Below, piece after piece: positions 1 through 9,663 of a DNA stretch of 64,000 nt. The stretch spans positions 2,585,622-2,649,621 of the forward strand of contig OZ241853.1 of NCBI GenBank assembly GCA_965202685.1, read 5' to 3'. Numbering within the stretch: the first letter of the stretch is position 1; each line of letters begins with the position of its first letter. A model generated the notes under the pieces. It was not told where the DNA came from and did no database searches. It saw only the letters and a program-made list of their open reading frames with translations. The position numbers and the translations under genes are program-made. Origin of the DNA: Gammaproteobacteria bacterium. GTDB taxonomy: Bacteria; Pseudomonadota; Gammaproteobacteria; Eutrophobiales; Eutrophobiaceae.

Positions 1-81
1 GGTACGACGCCGAGCGCACGGCGGAATTGTTCTGCAACATCGTCAATCTCTGGCGTCCCCGGAAATGACCCGGAGCGGAGC

Positions 82-110
82 TTGCTTGCAGGCGGCGTTC
101 CGTGTACAAT
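82..110 (+). promoter_or_regulatory. candidate sigma70 promoter for the TonB-dependent receptor gene (TTGCTT-17 nt-TACAAT)
   Basis: Hexamers TTGCTT (82-87) and TACAAT (105-110) with a 17-nt spacer, about 60 nt upstream of the ATG at 171. An AT-rich stretch aatctaataacaatca (about 130-146) could be a Fur-box-like operator. Confidence 0.3.
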
Positions 111-170
111 GCCCCGCTGGTGAAAATCTAATAACAATCAAAACCACCCTGAGACTAAGGAGGAGAAACC

Positions 171-2675
171 ATGATTTTCAGGCAGTTCGTTGATTGGACA
201 GTGAAATTTTCTTTGACAGCGTTGCTGTTCGTCCCTGCGGCGCCGGTCCTGGCCCAGGGCGGCGCCCTGGAAGAGGTGATCGTCACAGCGCAGAAACGCG
301 AGGAATCCATACAGGATGTGGCCATCGCCATCACCGCTTTCTCCGGCGAGCAATTGGACGCCTTGCGGATCACCGAAAGCACCAACATCGCCGCCGTGAC
401 TCCTGGGGTTCACATCTCCGGCAACAACGCCGGCCACACCCAGCAGTTCACCATCCGCGGCGCCACTCAGAATGATTTCTTTGACCTGGCGGAAGCGCCT
501 AACGCCGTCTATGTGGACGAGGCTTATCAGGCCGCCGGCCAGGCCCAGCTGTTCTCGCAGTTCGACATGGAGCGGGTGGAGATCCTGAAGGGCCCCCAAG
601 GCACCCTGTTTGGCCGCAACGCCACCGGCGGCTTGGTGCATTATGTCACTCGGAAGCCCGGGGACAAGTTCGATGCCTACGGCGATGTCTCCTACGGGCG
701 CTATGACAGCGTGCGCTTTGAAGGCGCGGCCGGCGGCCCCCTGAGCGATGGCGTCAAGTTCCGCGTCGCTGGTTTCTATCGCCGCCACGACGCCATCCTG
801 AAAAACGTCTATACGCCGGAGGATCTGCCCGCCACCCCGGCTTATGTGGCCGCGCCCTTCACCCCCAATGGCGGCGCCCCCCGCGGCCCCCTGAACGGCT
901 CCCGAGACGGGCAGGCCGACATGTGGAACGATGACCAGTACGCCTTCCGGGGCCAGCTGTTGTTGGAGCCTAACGAGGATGTGGAGATCGAGCTGAAGGG
1001 GCAGTACGCGCATCGCAACGCCGCCTCAGGGCCTTATCAGAATGTGGCCACCATCAGCGAGGTCGACCCTCAGGGGCGCGTGGTCAACACCTTGTACTCC
1101 AATGCCCAGACCAATCCCAATTCCTGCGAGCAATTGGTGGTTGGCACCACCCAGTGCGGCTCCTCCTTCGGCCTAGGCCCCAATGGCTCGCCTTTGGACC
1201 TGGATTTTGACATGACCCGGCCGGCCCCGAACACGGACTATTTCGGCTACACGGACCCCGATGGCACCGATGGCCTGACTATCTCCACAGACCACGCCTT
1301 GTCCGACTACGACACCTACAAGGTGCATGCCTTCACCGGCAAGATCAGCTGGGACCTGGACTTCGCCACCCTGGTGGCGGTGTCCCACTATTCGGACCAG
1401 ACCAAGATCGCTTCCCTGGATGTGGATTCAGGGCCGGGGCCGCAGTTCATCGTGACCAACAACTCGAAAATTGACTGGTTCACCCAGGAGTTGCGTCTGG
1501 AAGGCGAGATGGACCGGATGCGCTGGATCGCCGGGCTCTATTATCTGACCATAGATGGCGGTTTCTCCCAGAATCTGTCAGACACCATAGGCGGCATCAA
1601 TGTGTTTGGCGCCAGCCCGCCGCCCAATGGCGCCGGCGTGTCCAACCTGTACCTGGACGGGTCGGTGGACGCCCTCATGGACACGGATTCCTACTCCATC
1701 TTCGGCCAGATCGATTACGACGCCACCGACCGGCTGATGGTTTCCCTGGGTCTGCGCGGCATACAGGAGGAAAAGGATTACGATTTTCAGAGCAACCTTT
1801 TCATCAACACCCGCGACGCCACGGTGGAAAGCCTGAGGAGCGGCGCCACGCCCATCGCCCCGTTTTTCCCTCCCCACAACGAGAAGCTGAGCGACTTTCT
1901 CTGGTCTGGCAAGGCGGGCTTGCAATTCACCCCCCACGACGAGCTGTTGCTCTACGCCACCTTCAACCGCGGCGTGAAGGCGGGCAGTTGCAACGCGCCC
2001 TTGCTGACCTTCCTGACGCCGGAAGAGTATTGCTACGACGAGGAAATCCTGTTGGCTTACGAGGTGGGGTTCAAGTCCACCCTCATGGAGGGCAAGGCCC
2101 GCATCAACGCCGCCGCCTACTACTATGATTATTCGGACTACCAGGTGTTCCAGTTCATCGGCACTTCGGGCGCGGTCTATAACGTCGATGCGGAGTACAA
2201 GGGGTTCGAGGTCGAGATGATCGCCACCCCGGTGGACAATTTGGAGGTGCTGTTAGGCATCGGCTACATCGACCCCAAGGTCAAGGATCTGGCGGTGGCG
2301 CAGGGCGTTTTGCGCAATGTGGAGCCCTCGTTCACCCCGGAAACGCAGTTCAGCGGCCTGGGCCGTTACACCTGGCCCAACAGCCTCATGGGCGGCGCCG
2401 TGACCCTGCAAGTCGATGGCAACTACGCCTCGTCGTCCTTCCACAACATCAACAATTTCGACACCCACAGGATGGGGAGCTATTGGCGCGGCAACGCCAG
2501 TCTGACCTGGGTCAGCGCCGATGAGCATTGGGAGATCACCGGGTTTGTGGACAACTTCTCGGACGCCCGCAACATGACCATTGGCTACGAGCTGGCCGCC
2601 GTCTGCGGTTGCGATGAGCAGTCCTTCGGCTATCCCCGCATGTACGGGGCCCGGTTGCGCTACAACTACTTCTAA
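171..2675 (+). CDS. TonB-dependent outer-membrane receptor
   Basis: N-terminal signal peptide, then the plug-domain motif EEVIVTAQKREESIQDV. Length 834 aa. C-terminal aromatic residue (…RYNYF) as expected for a beta-barrel terminus. Confidence 0.85.
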   Translation: MIFRQFVDWTVKFSLTALLFVPAAPVLAQGGALEEVIVTAQKREESIQDVAIAITAFSGEQLDALRITESTNIAAVTPGVHISGNNAGHTQQFTIRGATQNDFFDLAEAPNAVYVDEAYQAAGQAQLFSQFDMERVEILKGPQGTLFGRNATGGLVHYVTRKPGDKFDAYGDVSYGRYDSVRFEGAAGGPLSDGVKFRVAGFYRRHDAILKNVYTPEDLPATPAYVAAPFTPNGGAPRGPLNGSRDGQADMWNDDQYAFRGQLLLEPNEDVEIELKGQYAHRNAASGPYQNVATISEVDPQGRVVNTLYSNAQTNPNSCEQLVVGTTQCGSSFGLGPNGSPLDLDFDMTRPAPNTDYFGYTDPDGTDGLTISTDHALSDYDTYKVHAFTGKISWDLDFATLVAVSHYSDQTKIASLDVDSGPGPQFIVTNNSKIDWFTQELRLEGEMDRMRWIAGLYYLTIDGGFSQNLSDTIGGINVFGASPPPNGAGVSNLYLDGSVDALMDTDSYSIFGQIDYDATDRLMVSLGLRGIQEEKDYDFQSNLFINTRDATVESLRSGATPIAPFFPPHNEKLSDFLWSGKAGLQFTPHDELLLYATFNRGVKAGSCNAPLLTFLTPEEYCYDEEILLAYEVGFKSTLMEGKARINAAAYYYDYSDYQVFQFIGTSGAVYNVDAEYKGFEVEMIATPVDNLEVLLGIGYIDPKVKDLAVAQGVLRNVEPSFTPETQFSGLGRYTWPNSLMGGAVTLQVDGNYASSSFHNINNFDTHRMGSYWRGNASLTWVSADEHWEITGFVDNFSDARNMTIGYELAAVCGCDEQSFGYPRMYGARLRYNYF

Positions 2676-2785
2676 GGCGGCGGCGGAAGCGGCGGGGCCA
2701 AACCCCAGGCGGGTCTGGCCCCTTCTCTTCGCGGGCCTCAGGGACGGGGGGCTGCGCCTCCCTGGTTTTTCACGAGCCGCCAATG

Positions 2786-2814
2786 TTGACAAGCCTTTTT
2801 GACTTCGCTATTAT
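2786..2814 (+). promoter_or_regulatory. sigma70-type promoter upstream of the metZ leader (TTGACA-17 nt-TATTAT)
   Basis: Consensus -35 TTGACA (2786-2791), 17-nt spacer, -10 TATTAT (2809-2814), about 175 nt upstream of the metZ ATG. Confidence 0.5.
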
Positions 2815-2824
2815 CCTTGCCGAG

Positions 2825-2890
2825 AGCAAGGCGCCGATTTGATCATTCAGCTTGCGGGCGCGTTATAAATACGGCTAAAGAGAGCCAACC
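2825..2890 (+). promoter_or_regulatory. candidate SAM-II riboswitch in the metZ leader
   Basis: Leader reads GCGCCGAUUUGAUCAUUCAGCUUGCGGGCGCGUUAUAAAUACGGCUAAAGAGAG. This matches the SAM-II pattern I recall (GAUUU…GCUUGC…GCG…AUAAAU…GCUAAA.AG). It sits between the promoter and metZ, a typical SAM-II gene context (metX/metZ). Confidence 0.45.
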
Positions 2891-2987
2891 TGCTTTAGCC
2901 GTCGCGGACTGAAGCGGGTTTTTTTGCGCCCGCGCCGCCCGGTCGCCTTGCTCCAAACGACGACAAACGAGCAGGGGGACAGGCAAG

Positions 2988-4220
2988 ATGAGCGACATCG
3001 ATTCCAAGCAACGCGGGGCAAAGGCTCCCGACGCAGAAAATGGGCGCCGCGGGTGGAACACCCTGGCCGTGCGGGCCGGCCAGCGGCGCACCGAACACGG
3101 CGAGAACAGCGAGCCGTTGTTTCTGACTTCCAGCTTCGTGTTCAAGAACGCGGCGCAGGCGGCGGCCCGGTTCGCTGGCGACGAGCCGGGCAACATCTAT
3201 TCGCGCTTCACCAATCCCACGGTGCGCGTCTTCGAGGAGCGCTTGGCGGCCCTGGAGGGGGCGGAGCGGGGGATCGCCACTTCCTCGGGCATGAGCGCCA
3301 TCCTGAGCGTCTGCCTGGGGTTGTTGAAAACCGGCGACCATATCGTCTCCTCTCGCAGCATTTTCGGCACCACCGTGAACCTCTTTGGCGCCATTTTGGC
3401 CCGGTTCGGCGTCAAGACCAGCTTCGTTCCTCTCAGCGACTACGGGGCCTGGAAGGCGGCGCTCACCCGCAAGACGCGCCTGCTGTTCCTGGAGACGCCC
3501 TCCAATCCCCTGATGGAGGTCGCCGACATTCAGCGTCTGGCGGAGCTGGCCCGCAAACGCGGTTGCCTGTTGGTGGTGGATAACTGCTTTTGCACGCCGG
3601 CCCTGCAACGGCCCTTGGAATTCGGCGCCGATCTGGTCATCCATTCGGCGACCAAATACCTGGATGGCCAAGGGCGTTGCGTCGGCGGGGCCGTGTTGGG
3701 CAGCGAGGCCCTGTTGGGGGAGGATGTGTTCGCCGTTTTGAAGAACGCCGGCCCCTCCATGAGCCCGTTTAACGCCTGGGTCTTTCTCAAGGGGCTGGAG
3801 ACTCTGAGTCTGAGGATGCGGGCCCATAGCCGCAACGCCGCCGTGCTGGCGGACTGGTTAGTGGGTCAGCCCCAGGTGAAAAAGGTGCATTATCCCGGCT
3901 TGGCCGGGCATCCTCAGCGCGAACTGGCGGCGAGGCAGCAGGAGGACTTCGGCGGCATCGTCAGTTTCGTGGTCAAGGGCGGGCGGCAAGCGGCTTGGCG
4001 GCTTATAGACCGCGTGAGTCTGTTCTCTATCACCGCCAACCTGGGGGACAGCAAAAGCACCATCACCCACCCCGCCACCACGACCCACGGCAAGCTGACG
4101 GCGGCGGAGCGAAAGAGCGCCGGCATCGTTCCCGGCCTAGTGCGCATTTCCGCGGGACACGAGGATGTCGCCGATCTCAAGCAGGATCTGAAATGGGCCT
4201 TGACAGGGGCGTCGAGTTAG
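2988..4220 (+). CDS. metZ: O-succinylhomoserine sulfhydrylase (PLP-dependent Cys/Met-metabolism enzyme)
   Basis: 410 aa. Close to MetZ sequences along the whole length (…LAVRAGQRRT…NPTVR.FEER.AALEGAE…SSGMSAIL…LVVDNCFCTPALQ.PL..GAD.VIHSATKY.DGQGR…). Preceded by SD gggggacagg. Confidence 0.85.
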   Translation: MSDIDSKQRGAKAPDAENGRRGWNTLAVRAGQRRTEHGENSEPLFLTSSFVFKNAAQAAARFAGDEPGNIYSRFTNPTVRVFEERLAALEGAERGIATSSGMSAILSVCLGLLKTGDHIVSSRSIFGTTVNLFGAILARFGVKTSFVPLSDYGAWKAALTRKTRLLFLETPSNPLMEVADIQRLAELARKRGCLLVVDNCFCTPALQRPLEFGADLVIHSATKYLDGQGRCVGGAVLGSEALLGEDVFAVLKNAGPSMSPFNAWVFLKGLETLSLRMRAHSRNAAVLADWLVGQPQVKKVHYPGLAGHPQRELAARQQEDFGGIVSFVVKGGRQAAWRLIDRVSLFSITANLGDSKSTITHPATTTHGKLTAAERKSAGIVPGLVRISAGHEDVADLKQDLKWALTGASS

Positions 4221-4332
4221 CCTTACACTAATCATCTCGCGACTCATTCGCGGCGGGCTGATGAGGAAAGCCGCAGGCCCGCGTCCTGTTGAGGTCATGT
4301 CTTTTTGAGGGGGCAGCCCTAAGAATCCATGC

Positions 4333-4365
4333 GTCCCGGCTGAGATCCGGCCCGGGGCTTTTTTT
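4333..4365 (+). terminator. rho-independent terminator after metZ
   Basis: Stem gucccgg / ccggggc (7 bp, one G·U), 12-nt loop, then a run of 7 T (4359-4365). Confidence 0.55.
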
Positions 4366-4433
4366 GCTTTCCGATGCGAGCGTTTCAGGGATGGCGCCAT
4401 TCGGATTTTTTTGAAGTGATAGAGGAGATCGAC

Positions 4434-5612
4434 ATGCCAGGTCGAAACTTTTTACACATACCCGGCCCGACGATGGTGCCGCAACGCATTCGCAACGCCA
4501 TGGCCATCGAGCAGGAGGACATGCGGGCGGCGGATTTTCCGGAGTTCACCCTGCCTCTGTTCGAGGATCTGAAAAAGATCTTCAAGACGGAGACGGGCAG
4601 GATTTTTCTGTTTCCCGCCTCCGGCACGGGGGGCTGGGAAGCGGGGATCACCAACACCCTCTCGCCGGGGGACAAGGTGCTGATGTCGCACTTCGGCCAT
4701 TTCAGTTGGCTCTGGGTGGATATGTGCCAGCGTCACGGACTGGATGTCAACGCCTTGGAGGTGGACTGGGGGGAGGGCGTCCCGGTGGAGCGCTACGCTG
4801 AGATCCTGCGGGCCGACGTCGGCCACGAGATCAAGGGCGTGTTCGTCACCCACAACGAGACGGCGACGGGCGTGGTCAGCGATGTGGCGGCGGCGCGCCG
4901 GGCCCTGGACGACGCCGGGCATCCGGCCCTATTGTTCGTCGATGCCGTCAGTTCCCTGGCCAGCATAGACTTTCGCATGGACCAGTGGGGCGTGGATGTG
5001 TGCGTCGGGGGCTCGCAAAAAGGCTTCATGCTGCCCACCGGGCTGGCCATACTCGGCGTCAGCGAGAAGGCCCTGGAGGCCCGTAAAAGCGCGACCCTGC
5101 CCCGCGTTTTTTTCTCCTTCGACGACATGATGGCGGTCAACGACAACGGCTTTTTTCCCTACACCCCCAACACGATCTACCTGCGCGGGTTGCGGGAGTC
5201 CGTCAACATGCTCCTGGAGGAGGGACTGGATCAGGTCTTCGCCCGCCACGCCCGCCTGGGGGGCGCGGCGCGGGCGGCGGCCCAGGGCTGGGGCCTGTCC
5301 TTAGTGGCCAAGGAAGAGAAATGGCATTCCGACACGGTCACCGCCGTGCGGGTGCCGGAGGGGTTTGACGGCAACGAGGTGGCGCGCCACAGCTACAGGC
5401 GTTACAACGTGTCCCTGTCCATCAGCCTGGGCAAGATCGCCGGACAGGCTTTTCGCATCGGTCACCTGGGGGACCTGAATGAGATGATGATCATGACCCC
5501 CATCATCAGCGCCGAGATGTCCATGCGGGACCTGGGCCTGGACATCGCGCCCGGCAGCGGCGTGGTCGCGGCCCAGGAGTTCCTGCGCCAGTCCGCGCCG
5601 CCGGAGCGCTGA
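4434..5612 (+). CDS. sga: serine-glyoxylate aminotransferase (class V aminotransferase)
   Basis: ATG at 4434 preceded by SD agaggag. N-terminus MPGRNFLHIPGPT… and overall similarity to SgaA of serine-cycle methylotrophs. The ORF-track start at 4374 is probably too far upstream. Confidence 0.8.
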   Translation: MPGRNFLHIPGPTMVPQRIRNAMAIEQEDMRAADFPEFTLPLFEDLKKIFKTETGRIFLFPASGTGGWEAGITNTLSPGDKVLMSHFGHFSWLWVDMCQRHGLDVNALEVDWGEGVPVERYAEILRADVGHEIKGVFVTHNETATGVVSDVAAARRALDDAGHPALLFVDAVSSLASIDFRMDQWGVDVCVGGSQKGFMLPTGLAILGVSEKALEARKSATLPRVFFSFDDMMAVNDNGFFPYTPNTIYLRGLRESVNMLLEEGLDQVFARHARLGGAARAAAQGWGLSLVAKEEKWHSDTVTAVRVPEGFDGNEVARHSYRRYNVSLSISLGKIAGQAFRIGHLGDLNEMMIMTPIISAEMSMRDLGLDIAPGSGVVAAQEFLRQSAPPER

Positions 5613-5617
5613 GGGGC

Positions 5618-6571
5618 ATGAGCTTCACCCAGTTCGAAGCCGCGCCGGCGCGCCTGCAACGGAGCGAGTTGGCGGTGCCGGGTTCCAATCCCAGCTTGTT
5701 TGAGAAGGCCGCCGCGTCCGCCGCGGATGTCATCTTTCTGGACTGCGAGGACGCGGTGACCCCCGCTGACAAGCCCCAGGCTCGCAAGAACATCATAGCG
5801 GCGCTGAACGAGGTGGATTGGCGGGGCAAAACTCTGTCGGCGCGCATCAACGGCCTAGACACCCATTACATGTACCGCGATGTGGTGGACATCGTGGAGC
5901 AGGCCGGGGCCAAGCTGGACACCGTGCTGATTCCCAAGGTGGGCGCGGCGGCGGATGTCTATATGGTGGATTGTCTGTTGACGCAAATCGAGGCCGCCAC
6001 CGGCCTGCAACGGCGCATCGGCATAGAGTGCCTGATAGAGACCGCCCTGGGGGGCGCCAATGTCATGGCCATCGCGCAGTCTTCGCCGCGCCTGGAGGCT
6101 CTGCATTTCGGGGTGGCGGACTACGCCGCCAGCATGCGCGCCCGCACCGTGAACATCGGCGGCCTGAACCCCGATTACCAGTGCGACGGCGCCTTGGGGG
6201 ACCCGTGGCACGCCGCCTTGGTGAATGTCGCCACCGCTTGTCGCGCCTTCGGGTTGCGCCCCATAGACGGCCCCTACGGGGATTTCAACGATCCCGAGGG
6301 CTACCGCGCCGCGGCCCGCCGCGCCGCCGCCCTGGGCTACGAGGGCAAGTGGGCGATTCACCCTAATCAGATTGACTTGGCCAACGAGATCATGTCGCCG
6401 CCAGAGGCCGAGGTGACCCGGGCCCAGCGCGTGTTGGAGGCCCTGCGGGAGGCGGCGGAGCAGGGCCGGGGCGCGGCGCAACTGGAGGGCAAGATGATCG
6501 ATGCCGCCTCCGAGCGCATGGCCCGAAACATCGCGCGCCAGGCGGAACTCATCGCCGCGAAATCCCACTGA
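5618..6571 (+). CDS. mcl: malyl-CoA lyase (HpcH/HpaI aldolase / CitE-like)
   Basis: 317 aa. Near-colinear match to the Methylobacterium MclA sequence as I remember it (MSFT…[11 protein letters not shown]…DVIFLD.EDAV…WAIHP.QIDLANE…). Confidence 0.8.
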   Translation: MSFTQFEAAPARLQRSELAVPGSNPSLFEKAAASAADVIFLDCEDAVTPADKPQARKNIIAALNEVDWRGKTLSARINGLDTHYMYRDVVDIVEQAGAKLDTVLIPKVGAAADVYMVDCLLTQIEAATGLQRRIGIECLIETALGGANVMAIAQSSPRLEALHFGVADYAASMRARTVNIGGLNPDYQCDGALGDPWHAALVNVATACRAFGLRPIDGPYGDFNDPEGYRAAARRAAALGYEGKWAIHPNQIDLANEIMSPPEAEVTRAQRVLEALREAAEQGRGAAQLEGKMIDAASERMARNIARQAELIAAKSH

Positions 6572-6585
6572 GAGGGCCAGCTGTC

Positions 6586-7758
6586 ATGGACATTCACGAG
6601 TACCAAGCCAAAGAAATCCTTGCCGACTTCGGCGTGCCGATCCCCCGTGGCGGTTTGGCCTACAGCCCGGAGCAGGCGGTTTATCGCTCCCATGAGATCG
6701 GGGGGAACGCCTGGGTGGTCAAGGCGCAAATTCATTCCGGCGCCCGCGGCCGGGCCGGGGGCATCAGGTTCTGCCGGGACGATGAGGAGCTGTGGGCCGC
6801 CGCCGACGAGTTGTTGGGCCGGCGGCTGACCACCATTCAGACGGGCGACGCGGGCAAGATCATCCACCGGCTGTATGTGGAGGCCGCCAGCGACATCGAA
6901 AAAGAATACTATGTGGGCTTTGTGTTGGACCGGCAGCAGGAAAGGATCTCCGTCGTCGCCGCGGCGGAGGGAGGCATGGAGATCGAGGAGATCGCCGCGC
7001 AGAAGCCGGACTCAATCATCCGCGTGGCCGTCGAACCGGCGGTGGGCATGCAACCCTTCCAGGCCCGGGAGATCGCCTTCAAACTCGGCATAGACAAGAC
7101 TCTGATTAGCCAAGCCATTACCGCGTTATTGGGTTGTTACCGCGCCTTTCGCGACTTGGACGCCACCATGGTGGAGATCAACCCGCTGGCGGTGACTCAC
7201 GACGGCCACCTGTTGGCCTTGGACGCCAAGATGGGGTTTGACGACAACGCCTTGTTTCGGCGCCCGAACATTTCCGAGTTGCGGGACAAGTCCCAGGAAG
7301 ATCCCCGCGAGATGAAGGCGGCAGACCGGGGGCTCAGCTATGTGGGGTTGCAAGGCCAAATAGGTTGCATCATCAACGGCGCCGGCTTGGCCATGGCCAC
7401 CATGGACATGATCAAGCACGCCGGCGGCGAACCGGCCAATTTCCTGGACATAGGCGGCGGGGCCTCGCCGGAGCGGGTTGCCAAGGCCATCAACCTGGTG
7501 CTGGGAGACAAGAATGTCAAGGCGCTGTTGGTCAACATCTTCGCCGGCATCAACCGTTGCGACTGGGTCGCGAAAGGCATCGTGCAGGCCCTGAGCAAGC
7601 TAGAGCTGGGCCTGCCCTGCGTGGTCAGGCTGTCCGGCACCAATGTGGATGAGGGGCGGCAAATCCTGGAGGACAGCGGTTTGCCCATCATCATGGCCGC
7701 CACCCTGCAAGAGGCCGCGGAAAAGGCGGTGGCGGCCTGGCAAGCCAACGCATCCTGA
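6586..7758 (+). CDS. mtkA: malate--CoA ligase (malate thiokinase) beta subunit, ATP-grasp SucC-like
   Basis: 390 aa SucC-like protein ([20 protein letters not shown]…). Called mtkA rather than sucC because of its position inside the sga-mcl-…-hprA-ppc module. Confidence 0.7.
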   Translation: MDIHEYQAKEILADFGVPIPRGGLAYSPEQAVYRSHEIGGNAWVVKAQIHSGARGRAGGIRFCRDDEELWAAADELLGRRLTTIQTGDAGKIIHRLYVEAASDIEKEYYVGFVLDRQQERISVVAAAEGGMEIEEIAAQKPDSIIRVAVEPAVGMQPFQAREIAFKLGIDKTLISQAITALLGCYRAFRDLDATMVEINPLAVTHDGHLLALDAKMGFDDNALFRRPNISELRDKSQEDPREMKAADRGLSYVGLQGQIGCIINGAGLAMATMDMIKHAGGEPANFLDIGGGASPERVAKAINLVLGDKNVKALLVNIFAGINRCDWVAKGIVQALSKLELGLPCVVRLSGTNVDEGRQILEDSGLPIIMAATLQEAAEKAVAAWQANAS

Positions 7759-7789
7759 CAACGACCGCATTCACCGAGGACAACGAACA

Positions 7790-8695
7790 ATGTCCATATT
7801 GATAGATGAAAACTCGAAAGCCATAGTGCAGGGCTTCACTGGGCAGATAGGGAGCTTCCACTCCTCGGACATGCTCAGCTACGGCACCCGGATAGTCGGC
7901 GGCGTCACCCCAGGCAAGGGCGGCGCCACCCACCTGGACCAGCCCGTCTTCGATACGGTCAAGGAGGCCGTGGAGCGCACCGGGGCTGACAGCAGCATCA
8001 TTTTCATTCCTCCCCCGTTTGCCGCCGACGGCATCATGGAGGCGGCGGACGCCGGCATCAAATTCTGCGTCTGCATCACCGACGGCGTCCCCGCCCACGA
8101 CATGATCCGCGTCAAGCGCTACATGCGCCGCTACAAGGAAAAAGACAAGATGATCCTGACGGGCCCCAACTGCGCCGGCACCATCAGCCCCGGCAAGGCC
8201 ATGTTGGGCATTATGCCGGGGCATATCTACCAGCCGGGCAGGGTGGGCGTCATCAGCCGTTCTGGCACCCTGGGCTACGAGGCGGCCTCGCAGATGAAGG
8301 CGGCGGGCCTGGGGGTGTCCACCAGCGTCGGCATCGGCGGCGACCCCATCAACGGCAGTTCTTTCAAGGACCATTTGGCGCGTTTTGAGGAGGATCCGGA
8401 CACCGATGCCGTGGTCATGATCGGCGAAATAGGCGGCCCCCAAGAGGCGGAAGCCGCGGAGTTCTACCGCGACAACATGAAAAAGCCGGTGGTGGGCTAC
8501 ATTGCCGGCCTCACCGCGCCCAAGGGCAAGCGCATGGGGCACGCCGGCGCCATTATTTCCGCCTTCGGCGAGTCCGCCGCGGAAAAGGTGGAGATCTTGC
8601 AAGAATGCGGCGTCGCCGTGGTGCCTAGTCCCTCGGAGTTCGCTCGCGCTGTCCAAGGCGTCTTAACCGCGACCGGAAGGGGGAAACCGCAATGA
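7790..8695 (+). CDS. mtkB: malate--CoA ligase alpha subunit (SucD-like CoA-binding subunit)
   Basis: ATG at 7790 after SD gagga. [25 protein letters not shown]… is typical of SucD/MtkB. The 7643 start in the ORF track overlaps mtkA and is unlikely. Confidence 0.7.
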   Translation: MSILIDENSKAIVQGFTGQIGSFHSSDMLSYGTRIVGGVTPGKGGATHLDQPVFDTVKEAVERTGADSSIIFIPPPFAADGIMEAADAGIKFCVCITDGVPAHDMIRVKRYMRRYKEKDKMILTGPNCAGTISPGKAMLGIMPGHIYQPGRVGVISRSGTLGYEAASQMKAAGLGVSTSVGIGGDPINGSSFKDHLARFEEDPDTDAVVMIGEIGGPQEAEAAEFYRDNMKKPVVGYIAGLTAPKGKRMGHAGAIISAFGESAAEKVEILQECGVAVVPSPSEFARAVQGVLTATGRGKPQ

Positions 8696-9663
8696 GCAAA
8701 CCCAAAATCATAGTCAGCCGCAGGTGGCCTGAGGCCGTTGAAGCGAAGCTCAAAACCCTTTTTGATGTTCAGTTGAACGAGACGGACGCCCCCATGAGCG
8801 CCGGGCAGATGCGCGCGGCGTTGCAGACCGCCGACGCCTTCTGTCCCACCGTCTCCGACGATGTGAACGCGCAGATACTGGGGGTTGAAAACCTTAAGGC
8901 CGGGATCATCGGCAGCTACGGCGTCGGGTTCAATCACATCGACCTCGAGGCCGCCAAGGCTCGGGGGCTGGTGGTGACCAACACGCCTGATGTGCTAACC
9001 GATTGCACGGCGGACCTGGCTATGACCCTGTTGTTGACGGTGGCCCGGCGCGTCGGAGAAGGGGAGCGGCAGTTGCGCGGCAAGGCCTGGTCCGGCTGGC
9101 GCCCCACTCACATGATGGGCGCGAAAGTGACGGGCAAGACCCTGGGCCTGGTGGGCATGGGCCGGATCGCCCGGGCGATGGCCCGCCGGGCCTACCACGG
9201 TTTTGGCATGAAGATCCTCTTCACCGACCCCTATCCGCCGCCGGAGGACCTGGTGAAGTCCCTGCGGGCCGAGGCCCGGGACTCCATAGAGGAGGTGTTG
9301 CGAGAGGCGGACTTTGTTTCCCTGCATTGCCCGGGCGGCAAGGAGAACTACCATTTGCTGAACCGGGAGCGTCTGGCGCTGATGGGCCCTCAGGCCTTTC
9401 TCATCAACAGCGCGCGGGGCGACGTGGTTGATCAGGAGGCCCTGATGGAGGCCCTGCGAAACGGCGCCATCGCCGGCGCCGGCCTGGATGTGTACGAGGG
9501 GGAGCCAGCGGTGCCTGAGGCCTTGCTGTCCATGGAGAATGTCGTGTTGTTGCCGCACCTGGGGAGCGCCTCCAAGGAGACCCGGGTGGCCATGGGTTTG
9601 CGGGTGGTGGAGAATCTGGAGGCCTTTTTCGCCGGCCAGCCTCCCCGCGACCGCGTGGCGTGA
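8692..9663 (+). CDS. hprA: hydroxypyruvate reductase / glycerate dehydrogenase (D-isomer-specific 2-hydroxyacid dehydrogenase)
   Basis: 323 aa. NAD-binding motif GLVGMGRIARAMARRA and catalytic region …LPHLGSAS…. ATGA start/stop overlap with mtkB (8692-8695) and with ppc (9660-9663). Confidence 0.75.
   Translation: MSKPKIIVSRRWPEAVEAKLKTLFDVQLNETDAPMSAGQMRAALQTADAFCPTVSDDVNAQILGVENLKAGIIGSYGVGFNHIDLEAAKARGLVVTNTPDVLTDCTADLAMTLLLTVARRVGEGERQLRGKAWSGWRPTHMMGAKVTGKTLGLVGMGRIARAMARRAYHGFGMKILFTDPYPPPEDLVKSLRAEARDSIEEVLREADFVSLHCPGGKENYHLLNRERLALMGPQAFLINSARGDVVDQEALMEALRNGAIAGAGLDVYEGEPAVPEALLSMENVVLLPHLGSASKETRVAMGLRVVENLEAFFAGQPPRDRVA

Noticed and set aside
138-1013. 291-aa minus-strand ORF inside the TonB-dependent receptor gene, and similar antisense ORFs (16402..17913 in the dioxygenase; 39959..41143 in rpoB/rpoC; 53241..54695 in the sulfatase; 55818..56843 in the receptor)
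   Set aside because: All are antisense to genes with strong protein-family evidence, have no start or RBS context, and show biased GC-driven composition. They are artefacts of high G+C.
2895-3827. 310-aa minus-strand ORF and 219-aa alternate-frame ORF overlapping metZ
   Set aside because: They overlap a gene with unambiguous MetZ homology. The frames are alternate or antisense with Arg/Gly/Ala-rich translation.
6586-8695. Calling the SucCD-like pair succinyl-CoA synthetase (sucCD)
   Set aside because: The genes sit between malyl-CoA lyase and hydroxypyruvate reductase in a serine-cycle module and no sucAB are adjacent. Malate thiokinase (mtkAB) is the better contextual call, although sequence alone cannot separate the two.
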